This document shows positions 27,206 through 36,046 of a stretch of 64,000 nt of DNA, piece by piece. The notes beneath the pieces are model-generated. The model saw nothing but the letters and a program-made list of their open reading frames with translations. It searched no databases and was not told where the DNA came from. This DNA is from a bacterium. GTDB taxonomy: Bacteria > Patescibacteriota > Minisyncoccia > Phycocordibacterales > UBA2100. Numbering within the stretch: position 1 is the stretch's first letter; every line of letters begins with the position of its first letter. The position numbers were made by a program, and so were the translations under genes. The DNA is taken from positions 43,711 through 107,710 of the forward strand of contig JAUSJH010000002.1 in the NCBI GenBank assembly GCA_030647655.1, given 5' to 3'.

Positions 27206-28139
27206 TCTACGGAAGCGGTCGCCGCAGGGGCAGCAGCGACTTTTTACGCCCCTGCCACGGCGGGGTGAACCGGAAAGTCCGAAACGTCCTATGCCACTGC
27301 GCGCGCGCCGTCGGCGACGGTACGCGCTTATCGCGTTTGCAGCCCTCATACTCATCGTGGTGGCAGTCTATGGCGTGAGCTTCATCTCATACCTTCCACG
27401 CTACACTATTCAGTCCATATCTATCGAGGGGGCACGTGAGGTGCCCGAGGAGCTTATCCGCCGCTATACCGAGACCATTCTCAACGACGGCTCATACACA
27501 ATACTCTCCCGCGAAAATATCTTCCTCTATTCGCGCACTGAAATAGAAAAAGGGCTCGAAAGTTTCTTGCCTCGCATAGAATCTGCGCACGTCGTGGCTC
27601 AGTCTGTGCTTTCAACTGATCTTCATATCGTCGTGGAAGAACGCGAGCCGTATGCCCTCTGGTGTCTCGTAGAAGGAGGAGCGTGTTATCTGATGGACAA
27701 AAACGGATTCATTTTTTCTGCGATGGCCTCATCGAGTCCTGGAGAGCGCACAACGCAGTACATCTTCGGGGGTTCGATTTTAAGCAGCACGGATTCGACG
27801 GGCTCACAGCAGGTAAATCCGATAGGACAGAAATTCATCCCCGCCCATCTCCCCGGACTTCTTTCGCTTCTTGAAATATTGGGCCAGTCCGGATTCGAAC
27901 CAAAAGGAGCCGTGGTAGACAACGACCAAGATTTCTTTGTGTCGCTCCGAAAAGGCTTCACGTTAAAAGCGTCGTTTGGTCAGGATACGAATACACTCAC
28001 CAAAAATCTCGAGCTCGTATTGTCTTCCGATGCGTTGCGCGGAAAGGAAAAAAGTATCGAATACATCGACCTGCGTTTTGGAAATCGCGTATATTACAAA
28101 TTGAAAGGAGAGGCGGAGGTATCAAACACCAGGCCATGA
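27183..28139 (+). CDS. FtsQ/DivIB-like cell division protein (POTRA domain)
   Basis: Basic cytoplasmic N-terminus, a single TM helix (YALIAFAALILIVVAVYGVSF), then a POTRA-like region (YTIQSISIEGAREVPEELIRRY). The start is uncertain: 27183 or 27291. Confidence 0.5.
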   Translation: MSSRGLIDLRKRSPQGQQRLFTPLPRRGEPESPKRPMPLRARRRRRYALIAFAALILIVVAVYGVSFISYLPRYTIQSISIEGAREVPEELIRRYTETILNDGSYTILSRENIFLYSRTEIEKGLESFLPRIESAHVVAQSVLSTDLHIVVEEREPYALWCLVEGGACYLMDKNGFIFSAMASSSPGERTTQYIFGGSILSSTDSTGSQQVNPIGQKFIPAHLPGLLSLLEILGQSGFEPKGAVVDNDQDFFVSLRKGFTLKASFGQDTNTLTKNLELVLSSDALRGKEKSIEYIDLRFGNRVYYKLKGEAEVSNTRP

Positions 28140-28214
28140 AAATATGAGAGGAGTTGCGAGTGACAGGAAGTGCGGCGTGAATGCTACTATGTTCAGAGTC
28201 GGACCGTATAACTC

Positions 28215-29570
28215 ATGCCCCGCCACGACCATCTTATGATAATAGAGCAGATTAACCAGAACATCAGGGAAAATAGGCAAAATTCTACGCTCGATTTTGT
28301 CTATCAGCGAATGTCGACATCCTTGCCCGTAGACAGAAAACTTGTCGCCGGATTCCTCCAGAAAGAAGGTGGACTATCTGAGGGTTTTTTATTGTTCGTT
28401 GAAGCACTCAGCGACAGACGAAAACGCTACTCTCCCGAAGATCTCGAAGAACGAGATGCAAAGGCTGTAGAACAGGCGAGTCCGTATGTGCCGAATGAAA
28501 GTGCGAGCAGGAATGTCGTACTCCGACGCGAGGATGAGGGAATACCGAGTGCCCTCGAGCTATTCTTCTTGATGCTCCTGTCGAGCAAGGAATGGGAGCA
28601 GATCTGCACTACGAAAGAAGAGGGAACTGCTCTCGGAGAGATGTCGACGCGCAATGTCATCGAGAATGTATTGGGTGACACGCCTCGCACCAAGAAATTC
28701 ACCCATGCGGTACAAGCAGAAGTGCGAAAATTCGCGGAGTCCGCTTCTGTCGTATGCGACGCAGGTTGCGGACCGTTTCCAATCTTAGGTCTTTCGGCTG
28801 CGCTCGCATCTCCACGAGCTGCAGTAACGTGTATAGAATTGAACCCGCTTTCTGCAAGGATAGCGCAGGCAATCGTGGATAAATTCGTTGCGAACGGCAG
28901 CATCGCGGCGGGACAGATCCTCGTAAAAAGCGGCGATGCATTGACCGAACCCCTTCCTCCTGAAGGAAGTATCGACCTCTTTATTTCCGAGACGCTCGGT
29001 GCCGGACTTATGGATGAGCCGGGACCCGATATATTTTCGCGTTTTGCCCCGTGCATTAATCGAGATCGTGGTTCGACTATTCCATACCGCGCCAAACTTT
29101 CTGCGGCAGTCGTCCCGGTAAATAAAGGCATATCGCACGGCAAAGATGGGAGAAAGATTACGAGGTATCCGAACTTCGTTCTCAATACGAATGGTACAGA
29201 ATTACCGGTCGTTCCTGCAGGTGAGTGGGTCCCGCTCGAAGGCGGAAAAGAGTTGCCGCTTACCGATATTCCCAAATGCATCAATGGCGTTATCGACCTT
29301 CCGTCCGGGTTGAGCCGCGCTGAGTTTGATGGGAACTATGATGTTGCGATATCCACGGAGTTTGTTATTAATCAAGATAGGCGAGAAGCCGTGGCCCGAT
29401 ACGAAACATTCATCACATCACCCGTAATGTTAGGAGTGGGTTTCGTTACGATTCCACAAAAGCTACAGAAGTCCGCTCTCGCATCTCTTAGGATTAAATT
29501 TTCGTTCGTACCGGGAGGTAACTCGCGTTTAGCATCAAAAGTCGAGGTGGTGCGGAGAGGCGATATTTGA
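28215..29570 (+). CDS. PRMT-like (protein arginine N-methyltransferase-type) class I SAM methyltransferase with N-terminal extension
   Basis: Motif I VVCDAGCGPFPILGL, post-I AAVTCIELN, the motif II/double-E region ILVKSGDALTEPLPPEGSIDLFISETLGAGLMDEPGP (compare PRMT [26 protein letters not shown]), then a beta-barrel-like C-terminus. Confidence 0.55.
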   Translation: MPRHDHLMIIEQINQNIRENRQNSTLDFVYQRMSTSLPVDRKLVAGFLQKEGGLSEGFLLFVEALSDRRKRYSPEDLEERDAKAVEQASPYVPNESASRNVVLRREDEGIPSALELFFLMLLSSKEWEQICTTKEEGTALGEMSTRNVIENVLGDTPRTKKFTHAVQAEVRKFAESASVVCDAGCGPFPILGLSAALASPRAAVTCIELNPLSARIAQAIVDKFVANGSIAAGQILVKSGDALTEPLPPEGSIDLFISETLGAGLMDEPGPDIFSRFAPCINRDRGSTIPYRAKLSAAVVPVNKGISHGKDGRKITRYPNFVLNTNGTELPVVPAGEWVPLEGGKELPLTDIPKCINGVIDLPSGLSRAEFDGNYDVAISTEFVINQDRREAVARYETFITSPVMLGVGFVTIPQKLQKSALASLRIKFSFVPGGNSRLASKVEVVRRGDI

Positions 29571-29574
29571 TACG

Positions 29575-30543
29575 GTGCCGAAAACCGGTATGCAATCGTT
29601 TTGGGGAAAATTGCCGAAGCCGTTTTTTGCGCTTGCGCCGATGGAAGATGTGACGGATGCCGCGTTTCGCCGCCTCATCGCGAAGTACGGCAAACCGGAT
29701 GTGATGTTCACAGAATTCACTTCGGCCGACGGTCTTGCGCGCGCGGATGAAGAAGGGAAAAAGAAACTCTTGAAAAAGCTCGAATATTCTGAATCCGAGC
29801 GTCCCATCGTCGCACAGCTTTTCACATCTAATCCCGAATACATGGAAGCGGGCGCGAAGCTTTGTGCGGAACTCGGCTTTGATGGCTTTGATATCAACAT
29901 GGGTTGTCCCGACAGGGCGGTGGAGAAAAGCGGCTGCGGTGCGGCGCTCATAAAGAATCCTGCGCTCGCGCGCGAGCTCATCCGTGCGGCGAAGAAGAGC
30001 GGCCTGCCTGTGTCGGTGAAGACGCGTATCGGGTACAACAGTGATGAACTTGATACATGGCTTCCTGAATTGCTTGCCGAAGAGCCCGCGGCAATAATCA
30101 TCCACGCACGTACGCGCAAGGAAATGTCGGACGTACCTGCGCGGTGGGACACGATTGCGCGCGCGGTCGCAATTCGCGACTCATCGAAATCAAAGACACT
30201 CATCATTGGTAATGGTGACGTGAAAGATATCGCCGAGGCGCGCGCCAAAGCGGCAGAAACAAAATGCGACGGTGTCATGCTCGGCTGTGCGATTTTCGGC
30301 AACCCGTGGCTGTTTGTGGGGCGCACAGAGCCGCCATCGCGCGAAGAAAAGATACAAGCACTTATCGAGCACCTTGTGCTTTTCGATGAGTTGCTCGGCG
30401 ACACGACCAATTACGCGACGATGAAAAAGCATTTCAAAGCATACGTTTCAGGCTGGGACGGAGCAAAAGAATTACGTGTGAAATTGATGGAAACCCAATT
30501 TGCAAAAGAGGCTCAACAGGTTATTCAAAGTGTTGTTTTTTAA
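29575..30543 (+). CDS. tRNA-dihydrouridine synthase
   Basis: FMN TIM-barrel Dus signature (LAPMEDVTDAAFRRL...VAQLF...DINMGCP...VSVKTRIG). Confidence 0.9.
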   Translation: MPKTGMQSFWGKLPKPFFALAPMEDVTDAAFRRLIAKYGKPDVMFTEFTSADGLARADEEGKKKLLKKLEYSESERPIVAQLFTSNPEYMEAGAKLCAELGFDGFDINMGCPDRAVEKSGCGAALIKNPALARELIRAAKKSGLPVSVKTRIGYNSDELDTWLPELLAEEPAAIIIHARTRKEMSDVPARWDTIARAVAIRDSSKSKTLIIGNGDVKDIAEARAKAAETKCDGVMLGCAIFGNPWLFVGRTEPPSREEKIQALIEHLVLFDELLGDTTNYATMKKHFKAYVSGWDGAKELRVKLMETQFAKEAQQVIQSVVF

Positions 30544-30625
30544 GACGAACAAGAGTATCGTCTGCATCGGACGGCACATTCACGTAACCCATATCCTATA
30601 CCCATGCAGGAAAGAAAGGCTCCAA

Positions 30626-31243
30626 ATGAAAGAACCCAAGCTAATATGGCGGCCTTATGCGCCGAAGGACATTGCTCGGCCGATGCCCCCACAAGTGGTG
30701 GCCAAAGCAAGTCCAGAGAAGAGTGCCTTAACCACTGGTGCTCGTGCGCCTCTGCCGCTACCCCCGAAACCGGCGGTTCGCGTAGAAGACAAAGCAGCAC
30801 CAGCCGGACAAAGAACGCGAAGTACAGTCAAGGCTCCGGTTATTCGTGGTGGAGCTTTGCTCGACATGATGGCGGAAATCAAACGACAGCACAAACTCGT
30901 TCTTAATCTAGCCTATATTGCTAGGCAGATGGGCATGCCGGTCCAGCTTGTACGTAAGCTGTACTTAGCTGGGAACTTCACTCCCGAAATGGAGGCGCTC
31001 ATTAGAACCGAAGATCTTTGGCTCGAAATAGCGTTTGCTATCCAGCAGTATCCACCAGCGCTTCGTGCTCCGATTGCAAAGACCTTCAAGTCGGCTGGGC
31101 GAACGCCAAGGAATCTCGGTCGCATCCTACGCGATGCGGAATCTGACGGCATGCAGATGAAGACTCTTCGGTTTCGGCTCGAAAGCCTAGGAGTCGTGTG
31201 GCCGAAAGGTCTGAATAATGACGGTACGCCGAAACAGGTGTAA
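30626..31243 (+). CDS. hypothetical protein (Pro-rich N-terminus, HTH-like C-terminus)
   Basis: Start trimmed to MKEPKLIW. A Pro/Ala-rich linker, then LAYIARQMGMPVQLVRKL, a helix-turn-helix-like segment. No confident family. Confidence 0.4.
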   Translation: MKEPKLIWRPYAPKDIARPMPPQVVAKASPEKSALTTGARAPLPLPPKPAVRVEDKAAPAGQRTRSTVKAPVIRGGALLDMMAEIKRQHKLVLNLAYIARQMGMPVQLVRKLYLAGNFTPEMEALIRTEDLWLEIAFAIQQYPPALRAPIAKTFKSAGRTPRNLGRILRDAESDGMQMKTLRFRLESLGVVWPKGLNNDGTPKQV

Positions 31244-31309
31244 CGGGATAATGGGAGGGTAGGCCGGCCGCTATGCGACCGGCCTCTCTTCTTTCTGTAT
31301 AATGCTTTC

Positions 31310-32350
31310 ATGTCAAAAGAAGCTCGGCACGCGACGCTCTATCGCACGTATCGACCGGCCACGTTTGCCGAAGTGCGCGGGCAAGCACATGTGGTAGACG
31401 TGCTCGAGAAGGCAATCAAGAATAACAAGCCCGCGCATGCGTACCTCTTTTCCGGAGGGCGGGGGACGGGGAAAACCTCTGTCGCGCGTATCCTTGCACG
31501 TGAGCTCGGTGTCACCGACAAAGACCTATACGAGATAGACGCCGCTTCCAATACCGGTGTCGACGACATCCGCGAATTGCGCGAAGGCGTTCACACCGTG
31601 CCGTTCGAATCGCCGTACAAGTTTTACATAATCGACGAAGCACACATGCTTTCGCGTGCCGCGTGGAACGCATTTCTTAAAACACTCGAAGAGCCGCCCG
31701 CGCACGTGATTTTTGTCCTCGCGACGACCGCGCTCGAGAAAGTGCCCGATACCATCCAATCGCGCTGCGAGGTCTATGCCTTCAAGCAGCCGACGAGGGT
31801 GATGCTTGCGGAGGCGGTTGCCGATATTGCGAAAAAAGAGGGATATGCGCTCGAACGCTCCGCGGCGGAACTGGTCGCACTTCTTGCCGAAGGCTCGTTC
31901 CGCGACGCGCTTTCTATTTTACAGAAAGTGCTTTCGGTTTCGGACAACAAAAAAATAGAGGTCACAGAGGTGGAGATGGTCTCCGGCGCTCCGCGCAGTG
32001 AGATGATACGGCAGTTGCTTTCGGCAATCGCGAAGAAGGATTGCACGAACGCGCTCGGGGTGATACAGCAAGCTGTATCGGAAAACATGGACGCGCGTAC
32101 GCTCATGAAACTTCTCATTCATCGTATGCGCGTCGTGCTCCTTCTGCGCTCCGCGCCCGATCTAGGGCATCAGCTCTCGCACGAACTCACCGAAGCCGAC
32201 TTGGCACTTGCACTTGAGCTCTCCAAGGAAGCCGGTGTGAATTCCAATACATTACGAACACTGCTCGAAGCGTACTCGCAGACAGCTTATGCCGCCGTGC
32301 CGCACTTGCCGCTTGAGCTTGCGCTCATCGATATATGCGCCGCGAAGTAA
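31310..32350 (+). CDS. dnaX: DNA polymerase III subunit gamma/tau (short form)
   Basis: AAA+ clamp-loader motifs (YRPATFAEVRGQ, GGRGTGKTS, YIIDEAHML, the SRC motif in QSRCEVY) and domain III. Confidence 0.85.
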   Translation: MSKEARHATLYRTYRPATFAEVRGQAHVVDVLEKAIKNNKPAHAYLFSGGRGTGKTSVARILARELGVTDKDLYEIDAASNTGVDDIRELREGVHTVPFESPYKFYIIDEAHMLSRAAWNAFLKTLEEPPAHVIFVLATTALEKVPDTIQSRCEVYAFKQPTRVMLAEAVADIAKKEGYALERSAAELVALLAEGSFRDALSILQKVLSVSDNKKIEVTEVEMVSGAPRSEMIRQLLSAIAKKDCTNALGVIQQAVSENMDARTLMKLLIHRMRVVLLLRSAPDLGHQLSHELTEADLALALELSKEAGVNSNTLRTLLEAYSQTAYAAVPHLPLELALIDICAAK

Positions 32351-33144
32351 AGAAAGGCAGGCCCGCGCCTGCGCGCGGGCCGGCTAAGTCGCCCAAAAAA
32401 GAGACTTCGTGGGGACACGTGGCCAATTGGTATCACGAACACGTGAGCGAATCCGGCGATACGTATCACGAGAAGGTTATCAAGCCCAATCTGCTCCGCG
32501 TGCTCGGCGACGTGCAGGGAAAATTGATCTTGGACGTTGCCTGCGGACAGGGTTTTTTCTCCCGAGCGCTTGCGGCGAAGGGCGCTCGAGTGACAGGCGT
32601 CGATATCGCGCCGGAGCTCATCGCTATCGCGCGTCAACTCGGCCCTGCCGACATTTCCTACATCGCCGCTTCCGCCTCGCGCATGCCGCTACCGGATTCG
32701 TCATTCAATGCGGCACTGTGCGTACTCGCACTCCAAAACATCAAAGACCTTTCAGGCGCGCTCGCACAAGTCGCGCATCTCTTGAAAAAAGACGGTTCGT
32801 TCGTAATCGTGCTCAATCATCCATGTTTTCGTATACCGCGGCATTCCGAGTGGGGATTTGACCCGGATGCCTCCGTACAATTCCGCCGCATCGACAGGTA
32901 TCTCTCCGAGAGTTCATATGCTATCCAGATGCACCCGGGGAAGAATCCCGACGTGACGACGCTCTCGTACCACCGCCCGCTCCAGCTCTATATGAAAGAA
33001 CTCGCGAAACACGGCTTCGTCCTCGCGGGCCTCGAAGAATGGATATCACATCGCGTGAGCGAAAAAGGGCCGCGCGCGGGGGCGGAAGACCGCGCGCGCA
33101 AGGAGTTCCCATTGTTCCTGATGCTCAACGCGCGTAAACAATAA
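32335..33144 (+). CDS. class I SAM-dependent methyltransferase (Methyltransf_11-like)
   Basis: Motif I ILDVACGQGFFS and post-I VTGVDIAPE. The start overlaps the dnaX stop. Confidence 0.7.
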   Translation: MRREVKKGRPAPARGPAKSPKKETSWGHVANWYHEHVSESGDTYHEKVIKPNLLRVLGDVQGKLILDVACGQGFFSRALAAKGARVTGVDIAPELIAIARQLGPADISYIAASASRMPLPDSSFNAALCVLALQNIKDLSGALAQVAHLLKKDGSFVIVLNHPCFRIPRHSEWGFDPDASVQFRRIDRYLSESSYAIQMHPGKNPDVTTLSYHRPLQLYMKELAKHGFVLAGLEEWISHRVSEKGPRAGAEDRARKEFPLFLMLNARKQ

Positions 33145-33150
33145 TTTTTA

Positions 33151-33168
33151 CTGGGGGACTTGGAATCG
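33151..33168 (-). repeat. 18-nt exact copy of the 3' end (T-arm/acceptor) of tRNA-Gln
   Basis: CTGGGGGACTTGGAATCG occurs at 33151-33168 and again at 33270-33287, the true tRNA 3' end. The copy at 33151 is not part of a foldable tRNA. Confidence 0.6.
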
Positions 33169-33269
33169 CCTCTCGTTGCTGCTGCAACTCGAAACCTTCG
33201 CTCCCTCGTCGGGAGCTGCGGCCCGCGGTTCGTATTCAAGTCTACCCCACTTTTCCGCTTCGCTTCAAA

Positions 33270-33340
33270 CTGGGGGACTTGGAATCGAACCAAGATTCAC
33301 AGCTCCAAAGGCTGCTGTCCTACCGTTAGACGATCCCCCA
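33270..33340 (-). tRNA. tRNA-Gln (anticodon TTG)
   Basis: The reverse complement reads TGGGGGATCGTCTAACGGTAGGAC-A-GCAGC-CTTTGGA-GCTGT-GAAT-CTTGGTTCGATTCCAAG-TCCCCCA-G, with a U1-A72 pair as in E. coli tRNA-Gln. Confidence 0.75.
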
Positions 33341-33399
33341 ATGTTTGTCGATACTACGGATTATATCCTCTTTTAGCAACCGGAAGGAGGTGTGGTAGC

Positions 33400-33792
33400 A
33401 TGGGCCACATGAACAAACTATTAGGCATCGCAGTCCTTATTATTCTCATCGGCGGGGGTTTTTGGTATATGCAATCTAACAAGCAGTCTAACAAATTTGT
33501 GAATACTGCAGATATGTGGGGCAAATACCCATATGAATGTGATGAGCATGTAACCTTTACAATGACACCAGCATCAGACATGAGTTCCATTCAGGTCGCG
33601 CCTTCCAACAATGGAACGTATCCGCCTGCGAGTACGCTTATGAAAAAGGAGAGCGCCTCGGGGGTTCGCTATGAGGGCAACGGCATCGTCTTTGCGGGAA
33701 GAGGAGAGACGGTAACGCTCGGAGAGGGGGACTCGGCCATCAACTGCTCTCCTATCCCGCAAGAGTGGGGGTCATTTAATTTTGGCGACTAG
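33400..33792 (+). CDS. small secreted/membrane-anchored hypothetical protein
   Basis: Strong RBS GGAAGGAGG 8 nt upstream. Signal anchor LLGIAVLIILIGGGFWY. 130 aa. Confidence 0.5.
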   Translation: MGHMNKLLGIAVLIILIGGGFWYMQSNKQSNKFVNTADMWGKYPYECDEHVTFTMTPASDMSSIQVAPSNNGTYPPASTLMKKESASGVRYEGNGIVFAGRGETVTLGEGDSAINCSPIPQEWGSFNFGD

Positions 33793-33889
33793 TTTGGAAA
33801 AGAAAAAACGTCGCGATTTTCTGTGAGGGAAATGGTGCTGGGCACCATTTCCCTCTATCGGCGATTGGTCAAGGAGTCACCTGCGAGAA

Positions 33890-34420
33890 TCAGGAGCCTG
33901 CGGAGAATTTCACGTACGTCGGGATAACGAAGAACTTCACGTCCTTTGCCCAGTCGTGACAGTCCCAGCCGACGTTATCGGCGCTCACACCGAAGTTTGC
34001 TCCGCTCGTGAGGTCGTTGGGGATGACTTGAGGAAGTTCAGAGATAGATTTGATGCTCGACTTCTTACCGACCGTCGCGCCCTCCTTCCAACTGTAGAGA
34101 AAGCCGCCGTCGTATATCATGAGGTTTGCCGAAGTTTCGTTGCTTGATACCGTCCGGAACTCGCCGCGCATTTTTCCGTCGGCGATATATACCCTGCTAC
34201 TACTTTTCCCGGACGAGCTGACCTGCTCGTACAAGCATTCGTGATTTCCGGATTGAGTAAAGATGCTACGGAACGTGTTGGAGCCTGTTGGTTTTACGGC
34301 TGTGTTGCCGGTAGTGCCTTGTGTTTCAGTTACGTCGTTGTTTGAAGGTGAGAAATACCAAATACCAAGCGCGGCGATAATGATGACGACAATGCCTCCG
34401 ATGAGTATATTCTTGTTCAT
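33890..34420 (-). CDS. secreted hypothetical protein
   Basis: Start trimmed to MNKNILIGGIVVIIIAALGIWYF (a signal anchor). Thr/Ser/Gly-rich mature domain. Confidence 0.45.
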   Translation of the reverse strand: MNKNILIGGIVVIIIAALGIWYFSPSNNDVTETQGTTGNTAVKPTGSNTFRSIFTQSGNHECLYEQVSSSGKSSSRVYIADGKMRGEFRTVSSNETSANLMIYDGGFLYSWKEGATVGKKSSIKSISELPQVIPNDLTSGANFGVSADNVGWDCHDWAKDVKFFVIPTYVKFSAGS

Positions 34421-34566
34421 AGATTGATTTGAGAATAGATTATGTCTTTTACACGGTGACGAGGATGAGATCCAGCGACCTTTCGCGTGGATTATAGCAC
34501 ACATGTGGAGATATCGGAAGGTGGGAGGTACGTCGGTCCGCTTACGTGCGCCGCTCTCGCATCCCT

Positions 34567-35271
34567 CTAGAATCCGAGAGACTTGAGGAAGGCAGATAGT
34601 TCCGCGCCTTCTATCGCGCGGTGTTCACCCGCCTTCAGGCCGCCGAGTTTGATATTCATTATACGTGTCCGTTGCAGGTCAATTGCATCGTTGTGCAAGG
34701 CCGCGCACATGCGGCGTATCTGGTGTTTCTTACCTTCGGTCAGCACTATCGAGAATAGCCGAGGACCAAGTAGAGTAACCGAGCATTTTTTGGTGGTGTA
34801 GTCGCCGATATCAACACCTTTTTCCATGTGCTCCTTGAAACTCGGACGCATTTTTGTCGCGGTTTCCACGCGATACTCTTTTTCGTGCTCGTACTCTGGA
34901 TTAAGAAGCTTGTCGGTAATGCGTCCGTCGTCGGTCAGAATGATGAGGCCGTAGGAATCCTTGTCGAGCCTCCCTACAGGGAAAACTCCTTTCAGAGGAA
35001 TACTGCCCACGATATCCTCTTCGTCATCTTGCGAAGAATGCGTGGTAATGCCGCGGGGTTTGTTGTATGCATAATAGCGATACTTCGGAGCTCGCCATTT
35101 CACGTCCACGACATCACTCTCGGAGACCTTGTCGCCGAGGATCGCACGTTTGCCGTTGATGAAAACTTTGCCCTCAGAGATTATGTCGTCCGCCTCGCGG
35201 CGCGTGCAGTACCTCTTGGAAGCGAGGTACTTGTTGATGCGCATCGGATATTGTGGTTTTTCTATGGTCAT
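34567..35271 (-). CDS. pseudouridine synthase, RsuA/RluB family
   Basis: S4 domain (MRINKYLASKRYCTRREADDII) and the catalytic motif VGRLDKDSYGLIILTDDG. Confidence 0.85.
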   Translation of the reverse strand: MTIEKPQYPMRINKYLASKRYCTRREADDIISEGKVFINGKRAILGDKVSESDVVDVKWRAPKYRYYAYNKPRGITTHSSQDDEEDIVGSIPLKGVFPVGRLDKDSYGLIILTDDGRITDKLLNPEYEHEKEYRVETATKMRPSFKEHMEKGVDIGDYTTKKCSVTLLGPRLFSIVLTEGKKHQIRRMCAALHNDAIDLQRTRIMNIKLGGLKAGEHRAIEGAELSAFLKSLGF

Positions 35272-35365
35272 AGATAGAGAGAATAGTACACCCCGTGAGA
35301 TAAAGAAGTTTTGTGTTTGTTGCTAAAGCCAAAAGTAGCTATCTCACGGGGTACACTAGCACTGT

Positions 35366-35659
35366 ATGCACCATTTCGTCTACATTCTTGAATGCGCCGA
35401 CACAACGCTCTACGTAGGATGCACGAATGATTTGAATAAAAGATTGAAAGAGCACAACGGCGCAAAAGCGGGAGCTCATTACACCAAAATCCGCCGGCCC
35501 GTCGTTCTTAAGTACTCTGAAAGGTTTGTGACACTTGGAGAAGCTCGGGCACGAGAATATGAAATAAAAGGCTGGCGACGAGAGAAAAAAATTGCCTTAT
35601 TCACTCGAGGAGCTAGTCCTGAACGCAGTGAAGGACGCGCGCCCGAGAGGCGGAGATAA
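35366..35659 (+). CDS. GIY-YIG nuclease domain protein (UPF0213 family)
   Basis: [28 protein letters not shown], with the GIY-YIG motif and the conserved Arg/Glu. Confidence 0.7.
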   Translation: MHHFVYILECADTTLYVGCTNDLNKRLKEHNGAKAGAHYTKIRRPVVLKYSERFVTLGEARAREYEIKGWRREKKIALFTRGASPERSEGRAPERRR

Positions 35660-35740
35660 AATGCTTGACGCGAGCGGAGAAACTGGAGCTGATAAAAGCC
35701 TGATAGGGCAGTTTGTCCACGTCTGCATGTGTGGTTGCGC

Positions 35741-35758
35741 ATACCCCCTAGGGGGTAT
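35741..35758. promoter_or_regulatory. CsoR-type operator (inverted repeat ATACCCCCTAGGGGGTAT) overlapping the csoR promoter
   Basis: A perfect 18-bp palindrome matching the ATACCC-N-GGGTAT consensus of copper-sensing CsoR operators. It sits 12 nt upstream of the csoR ATG, next to a TATATACT -10-like box. Confidence 0.6.
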
Positions 35759-35769
35759 ATACTGCCGCC

Positions 35770-36045
35770 ATGGCACACACGCATGACGCGAGCAAGAAGA
35801 GGCTGATGCGGCGCCTCAAGATTATCGAAGGTCAGATAAGGGGCCTTCAGAACATGATTAAGAAAGACATCTACTGTGTTGATGTCATTACACAAACATC
35901 GGCGGTAAAGCAGGGACTCTCCAATGTGGAGAATATGATTTTGGAGAACCACCTTTCGACCTGTGTCGTGAAGCAGATACAAGGCGGCAATTCGAAAAAG
36001 GCGGTTGACGAAGTACTCAAGGTCTACAAACTCAAGAGAAAATAG
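35770..36045 (+). CDS. csoR: copper-sensing transcriptional repressor, CsoR/RcnR family
   Basis: 91 aa. RLKIIEGQIRGLQNMIKKDIYCVDVITQTSAVKQGL...LENHLSTCV with the conserved Cys/His metal ligands, immediately upstream of copA. Confidence 0.8.
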   Translation: MAHTHDASKKRLMRRLKIIEGQIRGLQNMIKKDIYCVDVITQTSAVKQGLSNVENMILENHLSTCVVKQIQGGNSKKAVDEVLKVYKLKRK

Positions 36046-36046
36046 T

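Noticed and set aside
33157-33262. Possible second tRNA (or intron-containing tRNA-Gln) at the tRNA-Gln 3' end copy
   Set aside because: The reverse complement lacks a D-loop GG, has a mismatched acceptor and would be 97 nt long. Only the last 18 nt are tRNA-derived.
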